Shown piece after piece: positions 36,601 to 50,817 of a stretch of DNA of 64,000 bases. The position numbers and the translations under genes are program-made. The notes beneath the pieces were generated by a model. It saw nothing but the letters and a program-made list of their open reading frames with translations. It was not told the DNA's origin and made no database searches. The number at the start of each line of letters is the position of its first letter. Position 1 is the stretch's first letter. This stretch comes from Antedon mediterranea (lineage: Eukaryota; Animalia; Echinodermata), in assembly GCF_964355755.1 (NCBI RefSeq), contig NC_092674.1, positions 10,230,001 through 10,294,000 on the forward strand, written 5' to 3'.

Positions 36601-38576
36601 AGTACAGTTAAACACTGTATCTAAGTACCTGATAAGCAGACAATTCAAATTCCCTTGATTCCAATGGACAAACACCGGCTTATAGGTGTCAAAAGTAAAC
36701 GTTTATAATCGGCAACAGAAATTACAAGCATTGTCCACGCCAAGAAGAAAAGTAGAAAAAAAGGACACGCAACAAAGGAGCACTTGTAATGCATAATAGA
36801 ACTTCAGAAATTGAGATTGCAACGTACAATGAGACTTTACACTTCATGTAACTGACAACAAACAGCGACTTCCCTAAGTCTGTTTGATTTGGAGTTCTGT
36901 TGATCCCGTAATTTGTTGACCTTGTTGTAACTACTTGTAAAGGTGGTGGCTCTTTTCAATTCAAAATGTACATTCACAGGGAGTTATTAATCAACAGATT
37001 TCCAATAAATTTATTGGTATAAAAATTGACTATGTGGTCATTGAAACAAAAAATTGAAAATATTCCTACTTAAACTGAACACCCTCGTTCAGGGGACACC
37101 TTTATTAAGAAGACACTATCCCATGTAACAATTAAGGGATAATATATGTTTGAACTGTGTACATTATGATTAACGTCTATTTAGGGCACTTTGTTGGGTC
37201 CCAAATGTGTCCCCTAGATAGGTGGTACTACTCTACTTTCCTGTACTAAAAGAATGAAATCTCTTTGTACTATTCTCAAGCTTGAACGATTGCATTTTTT
37301 ATGTTGTTTTGTCTTTTGGGTGGAGCCCAACATTGTGAATGAAAGAAAGTACAATATTGTAGTGGGTGTCTTTTTATTATTGGATAGTGTCTGTGTGAAT
37401 TAAAATTTATTGCTACGAGTCAGTCATTTACTAGATTTTTATATTATTTATAAAATCTACTGGTAGAATTATCACAATCTTCCAATGTATTATTAAATAT
37501 TAACTTGAATACAAATAAATTTGAGTGTTGATTTTAAACAACAAATACTCGCAGTGTACATACAGTACAAAACTAGTTGATTCACCTAGTATTATATACT
37601 GTAGTATACTGGCCAATTCCTAAATACAATATCACATGTGACATTGATTTTATCCATCTTAAAAACAACAGATATAAAAAGATAACATGTGATAAACATG
37701 TGTCACAGTATCCCAGAACTTTACCAAGTAACTGTAGAGAGAATAAATTAAAGGGTGGTGTGAAAAAACAAGTTCTCAATTTTAAATTAACAACTTTTCG
37801 ATTAACAATTTTTATTAAAGTATTACCTTAAAAACCCTTATATTTTAACTTGCAATATAAATCTGTTCACACAGAAGTTTGCATTGGCGTCGAATTACTG
37901 CAATACCATCTTTCACTGCTCTGTGTAAAAAGGACTTTTGAAATCCTATTTTCCTATATTTTATACGTTTCATGTTTCATTTTAATAAATCTTTACCTCA
38001 CTGTAATGTTTTCATAGCCTTAGGAGATAGGAAGTTAAAACCAATTTTAGATAACCTTGATTAGATAAATGACCTAGCTTTTATCACTTAACATAATTTG
38101 ATTTTTAAGGCTAGGCTATAAGGGAATTAATTAAGTACAGGAGTATGAAGTCAATATAAACCCAACAGATCATCTAATTTGACTAATTGAAGCAGGCACA
38201 GAAATAATGTGTAATATCTGCATAGCCAGTATTAACTTATGTGCGCTTTTCTTTGCATTAAATACTACGAAAATTAATTTAATTGTTGATGAGGGAAGAA
38301 AAGGTCATCTCATATACCCTTTTCAAATCTGCATAAATTTTTACAAGTTGTAACCAGGTTTGATCTCCCGATATATTACACGTTTTCGTACACACATACG
38401 TGAACCCCGAGAAATCTGTGAAAGAAAGCTTAGTTGCGCGCTATTTGATTACTATGATTGGTCAGTTTAATATCAGGGGCAGATTGATATAAAACAGTCT
38501 TAACTGATGGTCTTAACTCCCCGATTAAAGCCGGCTTTATCAGATAGATGGTCTTACTAAAGACACCCCTGTTAAA

Positions 38577-38886
38577 CCATTGCTATAAAACAGTCTTAGA
38601 TAAGACCACGTAAAGCAACAAATTGAGGGCGTATTTTGCGTGTAGAATACCAAATAAGGTATGTTCGTCACGCTTGTTCAATTCACAATCATAACAGTAC
38701 GTACATTTCTCACCCTCACATTTCTACGCAAGAAAATCTATTCTAGGCCTATAATAATAAGAATAAAATCACGTCTTTGACGATAAATAATACGTAAAGC
38801 AACAAAGAGAGACTGTTTTAAGATTTCTTCGAGTAGGCTTTAATTTTAAAGACCGTTTGCAGGTTAGACTGCGGTATAGCAATGGT
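38577..38886. mobile_element. MITE-like element with imperfect TIRs of about 20 bp
   Basis: ACCATTGCTATAAAACAGTCT versus AGACTGCGGTATAGCAATGGT; the interior is CpG-richer than the flanks. Confidence 0.5.
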
Positions 38887-39809
38887 CTATTAATAAAGTC
38901 ACTATTTGGTATTTAAACAAAAACAAAAGATCGATTCTTTATAATTTCGTTTCTAAATTTGTCCTAATGGGTTTTCAAGTTTTACTGCAACACATTGTTG
39001 CGAGTCACCATTGTTACATCACATAATGTACAATGTATAGTTCCTGCATCAATGTTACAGAAGTCATATTCATAATGACTGTGTGTGCAGTGGTTAATTT
39101 AAACACCTTTAGTTACACAACAGCGTCAACGCAACACTGTGTATTGATTTTCGTGCAATCAACGACGTCCGCATGGAATTCTACTAGTTGTCAATTTGTA
39201 CATGCTATATGAGTTCATATCAGCCACAGCATTCTACACATTATGTTAATATGTGACTATAAATATGTGTAATATATATCCAAAGGCAAAATACTGACAA
39301 AATGACAATGCTGCGGGTATCAGTGGCTGGATCTCAATGGCTGGATCTCAATGGAGATACAAAAAAACAGCAAGAAGCTAAATCAAAACGATAAAGTAAA
39401 ACAGCCAGAAAAGTTAGCATTATAATATATATATTTTTTGTAAGACTGTTTGTCCATAGTTTCCTTTTTTTTTTATCTCTGTTCTAAATTAAATTTGACA
39501 ATAATGTAAATGTACAGTATTATATATATTATTCAAATTAAATTTCACGATTATTGCAAGAATTTACATAAGAATTGATAATTGTATTTATTAATTGTTC
39601 TTTCAAGGACGCCGATTTTATTAACTTTTGTAATTATTGTAATTTATTTCTCCATGGTTTACTTTTTTATATCTCTTTTCTTAAACTAATTTTCATATTT
39701 ATTGTAAATTGATAAATGTTTATAAATTAATCAATTGTGATAAACACACTTGGTGCTTTCAAGGATGTTGATTTTATAACTTTAAGAAAAAAAATTAGTG
39801 ACAGTGTAG

Positions 39810-40185
39810 CAATGATCAGAAGATGACAAGGATAATGATTGAGAAGATAACAATGATGGTATGATGATGAGATAGTGTAGACAACAATCAATGATGATGA
39901 TGATGATGATGATAATGAAAATAATGATGATGAGTTAGACAACAATCAATGATGATGATGATGATTTAATTATGAAAATAATGATGGTGTGGTACAGTAA
40001 ACAACAATCAATGTTGATGATAATGATGATGATGATGAGGTAGACAAAATCAATGATGATTATGATGATGATGAAAATAATTATGGTGAGGTACAGTACA
40101 CAACATTCAATGTTAATCAATGTTGATGATAATGATGATGATGATGATGATGATGAGGTAGACAAAAATCAATGATGTTGATGAT
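39810..40185 (+). repeat. Compound (GAT/AAT)n microsatellite with a recurring TAGACAACAATCAAT spacer
   Basis: GAT runs are repeatedly interrupted by variants of (G)TAGACAACAATCAATG. Confidence 0.85.
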
Positions 40186-41337
40186 TTTATTTCATTTATT
40201 TTGTCACCATAAAAACACAATTTACAAAACGTGGACAAAGAACAAGAAAAAACAACACACACAAACAGCCAGAGACAGGATTCCTAAAAATCAAACTTAA
40301 TCAGTAGTAGGTCTCCCAATTGGTAACTACCAGTAGTCTATACAATTTTTGTGTCCCCATTGTGGAAAAAGAAACCCTGTCTCCCAATCCCACAAAATCA
40401 ACACAGAAATGAAAAAGAGATGTTGCATGTAAATTTACGTTGTGAATGATATTGTGTTATCTGTAATCAAGTCACTGGCGATCTTCATTTATGGTCTGTT
40501 GTTGTTTGTTGTTGTGGTGGTGCTGATGTTAATTGATCTGCACTCTGAAAAGAATGAAAATTAACCAAATGATATTAAAATGAATTATTAGATGAGATAT
40601 AAAAATTATTTTTTTAGATTTATGGATGGAAAATTAAATAGGATTGAAATTTTTAAAAAGATTAATTTGAGTGTATAGTCATTTTAAAGTTTAAAACAAA
40701 TTGAGCAGAATTATTTGTGGTAATGTAATAATTTGTGACTACAGTAATTGTTATGAAACCAGTACTGTATATTATTCCATGATGTCTTCACACACATAGT
40801 GGAGTTATGTGTGCATAGAACCGGTTTAAGCTGATCCGATTGAAATATTTTTATGATCCAGCCTAACTCTGATATACTAGCTATAACTCTGTACAACAGC
40901 TTTCATAGATATCCAACATATATTAATGTTATACCACACATTTCAAAGCAGAACACGTTAATAAACCAATTGACACAGTGTATTTAACCCTGATAGAGAA
41001 AAGGGCGTGTAAAACATACCATAGTTCGCTATTAGTTTTCATAACATAAGTTTTATCAGATCATATTTCTACATATCAGATTACCCATCAGTTCTTGGTA
41101 CAGATGACAATCCTGAATACTATTTCCGTTTAAATATTGACAAAGGATATACAACAATAATTATCTTCGAAAAATATTTTCAGACCCAGAAGGTTTGACA
41201 ATAGGACACTGAAAAGCTACTCCTAGCAACCAAATGGAAATGTCGCACACGTATCTATCTACTTTGGTTCAATGTAAAGAATTGTAAACAATAAATATGT
41301 TTAGCATGAATCTTGAACTAATAACAATAAGCATGGA

Positions 41338-41635
41338 AGGGCATGTGGCGCAGTGTGTTGGACGTTCGACTAATGATCGTGAGATCGACGTTCGATTCCA
41401 ACTCTCGCCGCATTGCTTGTACAGGCAAGATACTTTACTTACGTTTGCCTCTCTCCACACAAGTGTATAAATGGAAACCCGGTTAGATCAAGACACAACT
41501 TTGCGCTGATTACTAGCTGCATTATGGGAGTATGTTTCCATATGTGTTTGATCCACAAACAAAGTGACTGGGATAATAATGTTCAACATTTCACAACATT
41601 AGGCGCTATATAAATCCAGGAAATAATTATTATTA
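41338..41635 (+). mobile_element. Near full-length tRNA-derived SINE with a CORE-like central domain
   Basis: A box TGGCGCAGTG, B box GTTCGATTCC, central GGCAAGATACTTTAC...CTCTCTCCACACAAGTGTATAAATGG, and a LINE-like tail GGCGCTATATAAAT...TATTATTA. Confidence 0.75.
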
Positions 41636-42815
41636 AGCATTAATTAATAATGTGAATTGTGTATTCAAATAGTACAGTATGCATTTCAATGTAGAAAATA
41701 GCTTTAATTTTCCATGGTTTAATTCATGGTTAGTATGGTTAGTGCAGTATGTCACAATTGTAAACTTTCTGTAGCACACTATTTATCATGGTTTGTGTGG
41801 TGTAAATCAAACAGGCCTATTATTACAAGCTAATTAAACTGATAGCTTAATTGAGTCAAACAATACGGCTAAGCTAGCGTAACTACACCTATATACTTGT
41901 CAGATTTATTTCACTTGAGTGGTGGTTATTGATGTGGTAAGCAGTTAGAGCATGCAGGTATTATACCTCCCCATGGCCTGGGTATCAATTGTACCTATTA
42001 ATTCAAACATAATGCTAGCTAAACATTCTTAAACTAACTAACGTAACAATCAGCCACTAATGTAATATTAGATATCCTTCCCTTTGGGATACCACTTTTC
42101 AGGGGCACTCATTGGAGAAATTTGCTTGTGAAAACGAGGATAAATATATAGTTCTCTATTCGATTCAGACGCTAATGTTAGGCAATCCTGGATGTAAGTA
42201 ATTATTCACATATTTTAATAATTAAATATTATTTAATATCATAATAAATCATAGTAAATAAATATTTAAATACTGTATTATACTGTATAAATATGTTAAT
42301 TGAATAGTCAGTATTTTTTTCTGAAATAATACAAACAAATTGATTTTTTCAACTATTCACATTTCATCATTAAAAGTTATTAATAGATTTGACAGTTAAA
42401 GAAGAAATCGGAACCTAGCCATCCATTTCATCAATATCCATCGTTGAACTATATGATACAATTATGATCATATAGTAAACACCATAATCCCTACTTAAAA
42501 AACTTACCTCAAAAAAAATACTAAAACATTAGGGTAAACAGACATTCTGTGTTGATATAATTTCCTGTGGAGTATTTACACTCCATTAAGCCAGTCATGC
42601 ATGGATGCACACTTGGCTAAAAAAAGGTTGCTGCACCATTTGAGTGAATGCGAAATATCAGGGTCAGGGTTCAGAGATCAATAGAGAATTAATTGATTAT
42701 GTGAATAATTGACAAATATCCATTCAATGTTAGGAAATAATCTTCAACACATGCCGATAGATGTTACAAAAATAAATTACAAATTCAAGACAAAAAAAAC
42801 CACAAATACAGAATT

Positions 42816-42977
42816 ACCGTATATACAAGTGTAGTCCCAGTGGGCCTAGCTATGAAATTTGGGGACGATAATGGGTGGAATTATACTCGGATTGCATTAC
42901 TAGACTCATGTTCCCGAAACTAGCCTTATTTAGATGATACGAGATACTTGAGCATGGGATTATACTCGGTCATATAT
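42816..42977. mobile_element. Degenerate TA-flanked MITE (related sequence at about 35300-35445 and 52160-52320)
   Basis: TACCGTATATAC start and repeated GGGTGG(G)ATTATACTCG / GGGCTTATAC motifs shared among three loci. Confidence 0.5.
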
Positions 42978-43522
42978 TATAGATAGTTAAACATTTAATA
43001 ACACAAAATTAAATATCAGTAATAAAAAACATATATTCCATAAACACAAATACAAGAAAATCGGAAATGTAAAAATGATTTGTAGAAAATATATTAAATA
43101 AAATGTAATAGGTGATCAGTTATGTATAGACGTACCTAATTACCAAAAAGTAGTAGTAGTAGTATAAAATATTACTGTAGTTAATAAATGCGTTATATTT
43201 TAATATCGGAATCATGTGAGGGTGGGTGGGCAATAATAATTTTCTAAGATTGTAAGATTATTATTGATTATTATTGACTCGTCAGTTGTATCAACATCAC
43301 TTATGAAGTTGTATCCAGCAGGTTGGCCTAATTTTAAGCTGATCAGGTCAAAGGTCATTGATACTCATGAGTAATTCTGTGAGCGGTTAAAATGAAACCG
43401 TCTATTGATATTCTTGCAGACATGCAACGAGGCCTTAGGGGTATTAACATAAACAGTAGCTCTGCGTAAATATCACATCACATAAACGGGGGAAAAATGT
43501 AAAAAAACAAGCATCAACAAAC

Positions 43523-43569
43523 CTGCTTGAACCGTCTTCGTGGTCACCTCCGTTATTACGGACAGGATC
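43523..43569 (-). CDS. AFF-like small exon (predicted)
   Basis: Long pyrimidine tract plus CAG acceptor, CAG|GTTTGT donor, 47 nt. Encodes DPVRNNGGDHEDGSS and exactly bridges phase 0 (45189) to phase 2 (18463). Confidence 0.7.
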
Positions 43570-45188
43570 CTGACGTTGAAATAGGAAAGAGGAGAAGTTC
43601 ATTAATTAATAATATCCGTTTGGTTAATTAAATCCACAAAACACAAGTTCATATGAAAAGCTTGTTACGTTACATGCGAGACAAGATGAGTTTATTATAA
43701 ATTTCCATGTATGGACGGTCTGGAAAAGTCCAACAACAAACGACCATCATGATATTAGCTAACAGTCTTGTAAATATATGAGTTAAGCTGGCATCAGCCT
43801 ACACATATCTGATTACAGCCAGTCTAACAAACTTATGCTGATTTTTCACCACTCGCTGTTTGACCTCGACTGCTTGGGCTATTACATTTATCCAGGAGGG
43901 GTAGTTGGTTTACATGCAATGAGGAGCTGAAAAGGCTATATTTAAATAGGCTAAACAATGGAAGTCAGGTTTTCAACACGTAATCTCCTTGTATCGTAAT
44001 GGTTAAGTTACCATTGATTTTGTTCTTTGTGGTTAAAACAAAAGTGAATGCTTTTGATTTGAAGTAAACCAGTTTCACACAAAGTGATTGAGGCTTAGTA
44101 ATTACAATACAATTAAAAGGGAAAGTGGGTAGTTAGTGAAGGTTCACAATGAAAAGCAAACAACTTCATAATTAAAAATAAAATTCTAATTGGATTAATC
44201 TTTTATATCATTTGCATCAATTTTTTAAATTTATAATTTTAGAAACACAATTTTACCATTAGGATTATGAATATTTATTCATACATATATTATATCAATA
44301 CATTTTTATTTGATAATTATTTCTAAATTTATAAATAAAACAATGCATACATAATTTGTTTAGATCAGTCCAAAATTATTTCCTTTGATAATCTTTCAAA
44401 ACTTGGTATAAATTTGGAGAGAATATGATTTGCTTCAAATAGCAAGAATTACAATAAGTGATTAGATCTATGGAAGGCAATCATTGCCAAAAATGCATAA
44501 ATTAAACAAAACATGGCAAACTACAAACACACTTTCACATATAACAAATATTTTTCGCAGACATGTTATGTTGCATTTTCGCAAATCAACTAACTCGTTA
44601 AAATCTAATTATAATCATGATTACAAAAGAGAAATAATTGATTAAAAACTAAATGCATTTCTTATTCAATTTAAGTTAATACATGGGAATGGGATTGAAT
44701 TTGAATACTTAAAAAATAGAAAAAATAGTGTATCACCAGAAAGTATTCCCATTATAAGGTTAATTAATTTAAAATATCGCAAAATGCAGAATTTGGTCTT
44801 AATGCCATTACAGTATCAACACACAGAATGCGTGTATTCTGTTCCCACCTAGAGACTGACTCATACAAATGATTGAAATAAAATTATTATTAATAATATA
44901 AACATCTGATCTATGTCTAGATAGTTGTCTATTATCCTGCTGCATACTTCAATAAGGTAATAAAAGTGTAACCTTCAATAATAAGCTATTGTGAGGTTGA
45001 TTCAACAAATGGTAACACAAAAACCATATTGTTCATAAAACAAACAAATAGCTGATTGTTTTGCTAACACACAGAGATCACTCAATGATACAATATAGAG
45101 GGCGCTATATGCTAATTCTTTATGTTTTTAAATATTTTGATTGACAAGAAAACAATGATTTAATATTTGACAGGAAACGATGACTTAC

Positions 45189-45240
45189 CTCGTTCTCGTC
45201 GTCATCATCATCACTTGATGAATTATGTTCAGATCCATTT
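45189..45240 (-). CDS. AFF-like small acidic exon (most upstream exon found)
   Basis: TTTTATTTTTCAG acceptor, GAG|GTAAGT donor, 52 nt. Encodes NGSEHNSSSDDDDDENE (compare the AFF SSSEDSD region). Confidence 0.75.
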
Positions 45241-45320
45241 CTGAAAAATAAAAAAATTATTTGTCAGCATATTAATCACAAACTGCGAGTTATAATGCTA
45301 TATTTCAATCAGAATGTGCT

Positions 45321-45400
45321 ATGTTGATATCAAGCTTGCAATACATGGTTCTGAAAAAGACAAGGTTTCAATCAATATACTTTGATCGTCCTCACTCCTG
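45321..45400 (-). mobile_element. Hammerhead-bearing short element, copy C (degenerate 3' part)
   Basis: Minus strand reads TGAGGA-C-GATCAA-AGTATA-TTGATT-GAAAC...TTTTCAGAAC...GCAAGCTTGATATCAACAT. Confidence 0.65.
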
Positions 45401-48400
45401 AATTTCAGAATATAATATTAATTAAGAATAAAATAAAAATGTCCAGTTTGAAAGTATTAGTTTATTTATTCTTTCTTTTGACTGGAATTTCAGTAACGCA
45501 GTACTGCTTTCCAAAATGGTCTAGTTACAAGTTTAAAAGTAAAGAAAAATTATAACATATGAAAATACAGAAAGATAAAAGCATAGTAGGCCTTATTTAA
45601 AAGATATATAGAACATACAAACAAAAAAGAGTAGGATCTTGTTGTAGCAGACACTAACACAAACATACTAACTTGTCCAATTAACAGACAAAAAAGAAAA
45701 GTGTAAAATGTCTGAAGATGGAAACCGTTCAGTTAATTAATTAATATTTAATTTATCGGTTAATTGTTAAAATGAATGAAAATAAATTAAAACACGAAAT
45801 TAAAAACAAGATTTTTACAAAAAGTCCTTTCATTAAACCTCAAGCGGTATACTGTAATTGCCTTCATTTGTTTTGTAAGAAATTCCATGTCTGGGTTTCA
45901 AAAATATCTATAAATAGTAGACATGTAGCTATTACTACATACCAGAACAATACAAAGAGGTATTTAATACTAGATCCTCTCAAAGAATAGTTTGTAATAA
46001 TAACAGCCACTGGCGAAATAAAATGTCGAATGACCTATCACTTGAAATTCAAAGAATTCCTTCACAATAATAATGCCATCATTTAGGAAGATCACGGAAT
46101 TGGTACACAATATTATTGTTCGTTTTGTAAGCAAAAAATGTCATTTACAGAAATTTTAAACATATTGGTACTGTTTAAGAGCGAATATAGCCAAACAAAT
46201 TATAATACCTGATGAAAAAAAGTGTTAAGTATCATAGGTCAACTTGAATATGATCAGGCTGGGATTATAAACAATTTAAGCAAAATTGTCATTTACAGAA
46301 AATTAAACAAATTAGAAAGAGTGAATTATTTAACGTAGCCATATCCAAACAAAGGGTAATTATTAATGTGGAAAAAAAATGTATTGCATTTATTAGGAAA
46401 ATCATCATAAAAATACATGCAAAGTGATAACATAAATTACTGACAAATAAATACATTTATAAAAGATTTTCCAGAATAGCCCAAAAAGCTTATTAGCTTT
46501 TTTCCATTGGGATCCTTTTATATTCTAAATAAAAATATGAACATTACAAAGTATTACATTAAACACATAATATAACAACAATAATACATATGAAACAAGT
46601 TAAAAAGACTGATTGACTTATATAGTTATTTGGTTTAAAAGAAATGTGATTTAACATTTTTCTTAAAATTACTTTTGTTTTCAATTTGCTGAATGGATTG
46701 AAGTAGGATGGTCAAAGATCAAGAAGTGATCAGGCTTGCTATTTATTGTATAAAATAAACAGCAAACACTTATCATTATCAAATGTTACAGATTGCCATA
46801 CTGATAAATATATGTCATTCAAATCTAAAACAAATATTTATCTTATGTAAATATACTTTTCATTGAAGAAGTAAAACTGGTTAGAATCCAGGTACTTCCT
46901 TTCAAGTAATAATTATAACAGCACTTCAAATAGCAAAATATTACAAATGAGATTTAGACTGCACTCTTTTCTCCACAGGAGTTAAATTGCAGTCTATATC
47001 AGAGTTACATTGTGGTGCGTTCAAACAGAAAAGACACACCATGTAAACATCTGATATACCCCGATGAGAAGCTCTTATCAGAGTTAAATTTGCATTGGAT
47101 TTACCCATCAGAGTTCTATATCTGGACGACACTACAAGGATGTAGGAGAGTTGACTGATTACACAAGAAAATACTGCGAATGCAACTGGGATATGATTCG
47201 GATCTGCTTAAAGCGTATATAGAGAAGAGCTAACTCCAGTTTAAACAAACACAGCTTGATTTCTCTAGACAATTTATATGTTTAATGTACCACAAGAAAA
47301 AGCACAAAACATCAGTGGAATATCCAAGGATTAGTTCTTTTTTGTGTGTGTGAGATGCTTATATCAGACTGGTTATTTTCTTCTTCTTTTCATCTTGTAT
47401 TTTAGTATATTATACCATTAAGAAAAATAATTTATATTTTATCAATTGTAATCTGGGGTATCATATACAAACATTATCCTGGGATCCTGTTTTATCATTT
47501 TATTGTTGTCTATGTACTTTACTACAATACTAATTTCATTTGAATATGTGATGAATAAATATATTTATATATCATGGGAGAATAGGCAGTGTAGAAGTAT
47601 GTAAAGTCATCAACAAATCCATATTAGCTACACACTGTCCAATGGAAAATGAAAACAATATATTATAAAATATACTGTAATATGATCATTTGTTGTGCCA
47701 AAAACAAGCTTATTTAAGTAAACTATACAAGAAATATTTCTTACAAAAAACGCTGCTCGCTTATTGAAAAATATTTTTTATTTCAAATGTTTTTTAATGT
47801 GTTCATTTTATTGTCACATAATAGTTATTTTACCTGAAAAAAAATGTAATTTAAAGCAACAAATACTTAAATTGTCTGTCAGACAATGGTTTTTGGGTTT
47901 CTTTTCTCTTTTTATATGTGAATAAATATTATATTTTTGTTACAGACGTGAATACTCAATTTCTGTCACTTTAGTTAATTTTATTGCTAAGGTCAAATCT
48001 GGGGGTCACTTCATCACACTAGATATTTCAATTGTGAAGTATCCTATTACAAACACACACTTTAATGGACTGTTTCGATAATAATTCAATGAATATCTGA
48101 CAGTGAATATACCAGAAATGCTTAGGGATTTGTAATTTTAGCATGACATGTCCTAATAGACTCTTTCCCAGACGTTTTTTGGGTCTACTGTGAATCAATA
48201 AATCATAGTGGAGTTTCCATTTTCACAAAACTGTCTGTCCTTAGAACTATAACTGCTGCTTGCTTTAGCTTCTGATTGAGTAGTCCTAATGGGACGTAGT
48301 GGGCTAGAGCAGCAGCGTGAAAAAAATATACAGATGCATCCATATCGGATGCAAATACTAGCGAGTAGTAGATATAAATTACAATAATTTCCGTATTTCC

Positions 48401-48907
48401 AATTTTTAAAATATTAATCATATTTTTGAGTTATGAAAGGATTTAAAATAAATCGCCAATAAAGAAAACATGTGTAGCACTTCTGATAAACATATCCACC
48501 ACTTAACAAGATCTTTCTCTTCTTTGAACTCGGTAAACGAGGTTCGTCTATCGACATTAGTCAGAAACGCTTTAAAATTACAGCTTTGCAAACGGTGAAG
48601 CAGACCAATCAAACAAACTCTGAGTGAATTAAATTCACAGGCTTTAAAACACTCTTGATTTATTGCTAAAGTTTAAAAGCAACAAATTTCGTTGTAAAGT
48701 AAATGGCTTGCAAAATACAATTAGGCTACAAATAATAGATTTAGAATGGGCGTGCAGGAAAAATAACTAATCCAATACAACCCCTGCTTGAAATGAATGA
48801 GGCTGGGGAAACAGATGTTTTAATACGCTATGGTCAACCCCTATTCAGGGGACATCATTATAAGGGTATAATGCAAACCGGATATCTCAGTGTGATTTCA
48901 ATACACC

Positions 48908-50817
48908 AAACACAATAAAAAAGGTCTCTTCTCCCCTTTCCCCAACCCAAAATTGACACAAATATTACACATTGAAATTTGAAGAATGTATATGATACAC
49001 AATAAGGGAGGTCCCTTCTCCCCTTTCCCCAACCCAAAATTGACACAAATATTACACGTTGAAGAATGTGTATGAAACACAATAAGGGAGGTCCCTTCTC
49101 CCCTTTCCCCAACCTAAAATTGACACAAATATTACACATTGAAGAATGTATATGATACACAATAAGGGAGGTCCCTTCTCTCCTTTCCCCAACCTAAAAT
49201 TGACACAAATATTACACATTGAAGAATGTATATGAAACACAATAAGGGAGGTCCCTTCTCCCCTTTCCCCAACCCAAAATTGACACAAATATTACACATT
49301 GAAGAATGTATATGAAACACAATAAGGGAGGTCCCTTCTCCCCTTTCCCCAACCCAAAATTGACACAAATATTACACATTGAAGAATGTATATGAAACAC
49401 AATAAGGGAGGTCCCTTCTCCCCTTTCCACAACCCAAAATTGACACAAATATTACACATTGAAGAATGTATATGAAACACAATAAGGGAGGTCCCTTCTC
49501 CCCTTTCCCCAACCCAAAATTGACACAAATATTACACATTGAAGAATGTGTATGATACACAATAAGGGAGGTCCCTTCTCCCCTTTCCCCAACCCAAAAT
49601 TGACACAAATATTACACATTGAAGAATGTATATGAAACACAATAAGGGAGGTCCCTTCTCCCCTTTCCCCAACCTAAAATTGACACAAATATTACACATT
49701 GAAATTTGAAGAATGTATATGATACACAATAAGGGAGGTCCCTTCTCCCCTTTCCCCAACCCAAAATTGACACAAATATTACACATTGAAGAATGTATAT
49801 GAAACACAATAAGGGAGGTCCCTTCTCCCCTTTCCCCAACCCAAAATTGACACAAATATTACACATTGAAGAATGTGTATGAAACACAATAAGGGAGGTC
49901 CCTTCTCCCCTTTCCCCAACCCAAAATTGACACAAATATTACACATTGAAGAATGTATATGAAACACAATAAAGGAGGTCCCTACTCCCCTTTCCCCAAC
50001 CTAAAATTGACACAAATATTACACATTGAAGAATGTATATGATACACAATAAGGGAGGTCCCTTCTCCCCTTTCCCCAACCTAAAATTGACACAAATATT
50101 ACACATTGAAGAATGTATATGAAACACAATAAGGGAGGTCCTTCCTCCCCTTTCCCCAACCTAAAATTGACACAAATATTACACATTGAAGAATGTATAT
50201 GAAACACAATAAGGGAGGTTCCTTCTCCCCTTTCCCCAACCTAAAATTGACACAAATATTACACATTAAAGAATGTATATGAAACACAATAAGGGAGGTC
50301 CCTTCTCCCCTTTCCACAACCCAAAATTGACACAAATATTACACATTGAAGAATGTATATGAAACACAATAAGGGAGGTCCCTTCTCCCCTTTCCCCAAC
50401 CCAAAATTGACACAAATATTACACATTGAAGAATGTGTATGAAACACAATAAGGGAGGTACCTTCTCCCATTTCCCCAACCTAAAATTGACACAAATATT
50501 ACACATTGAAGAATGTATATGAAACACAATAAGGGAGGTCCCTTCTCCCCTTTCCCCAACCTAAAATTGACACAAATATTACACATTGAAGAATGTATAT
50601 GAAACACAATAAGGGAGGTCCCTTCTCCCCTTTCCCCAACCTAAAATTGACACAAATATTACACATTGAAGAATGTATATGAAACACAATAAGGGAGGTC
50701 CCTTCTCTCCTTTCCCCAACCTAAAATTGACACAAATATTACACATTGAAGAATGTATATGAAACACAATAAAGGAGGTCCTTCCTCCCCTTTCCCCAAC
50801 CTAAAATTTACACAAAT
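48908..50817. repeat. 80-bp tandem repeat array, about 24 units
   Basis: Unit AATAAGGGAGGTCCCTTCTCCCCTTTCCCCAACCYAAAATTGACACAAATATTACACATTGAAGAATGTATATGAAACAC. Units are near identical; two carry the same 7-bp insertion. Confidence 0.98.

Noticed and set aside
39727-40165. Poly-Ser/poly-Ile ORFs
   Set aside because: They are translations of the (GAT)n microsatellite and have no splice signals.
45709-45732. CTGAAGA...GAAAC as another hammerhead
   Set aside because: Only 2 nt separate the two boxes, so stem II cannot form.
48858-50767. Many overlapping Cys/Gly-rich ORFs, or a CRISPR-like array
   Set aside because: The ORFs are translations of an 80-bp unit (not a multiple of 3) with regular stops. 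Units are identical throughout with no unique spacers, and the context is a eukaryotic intron.
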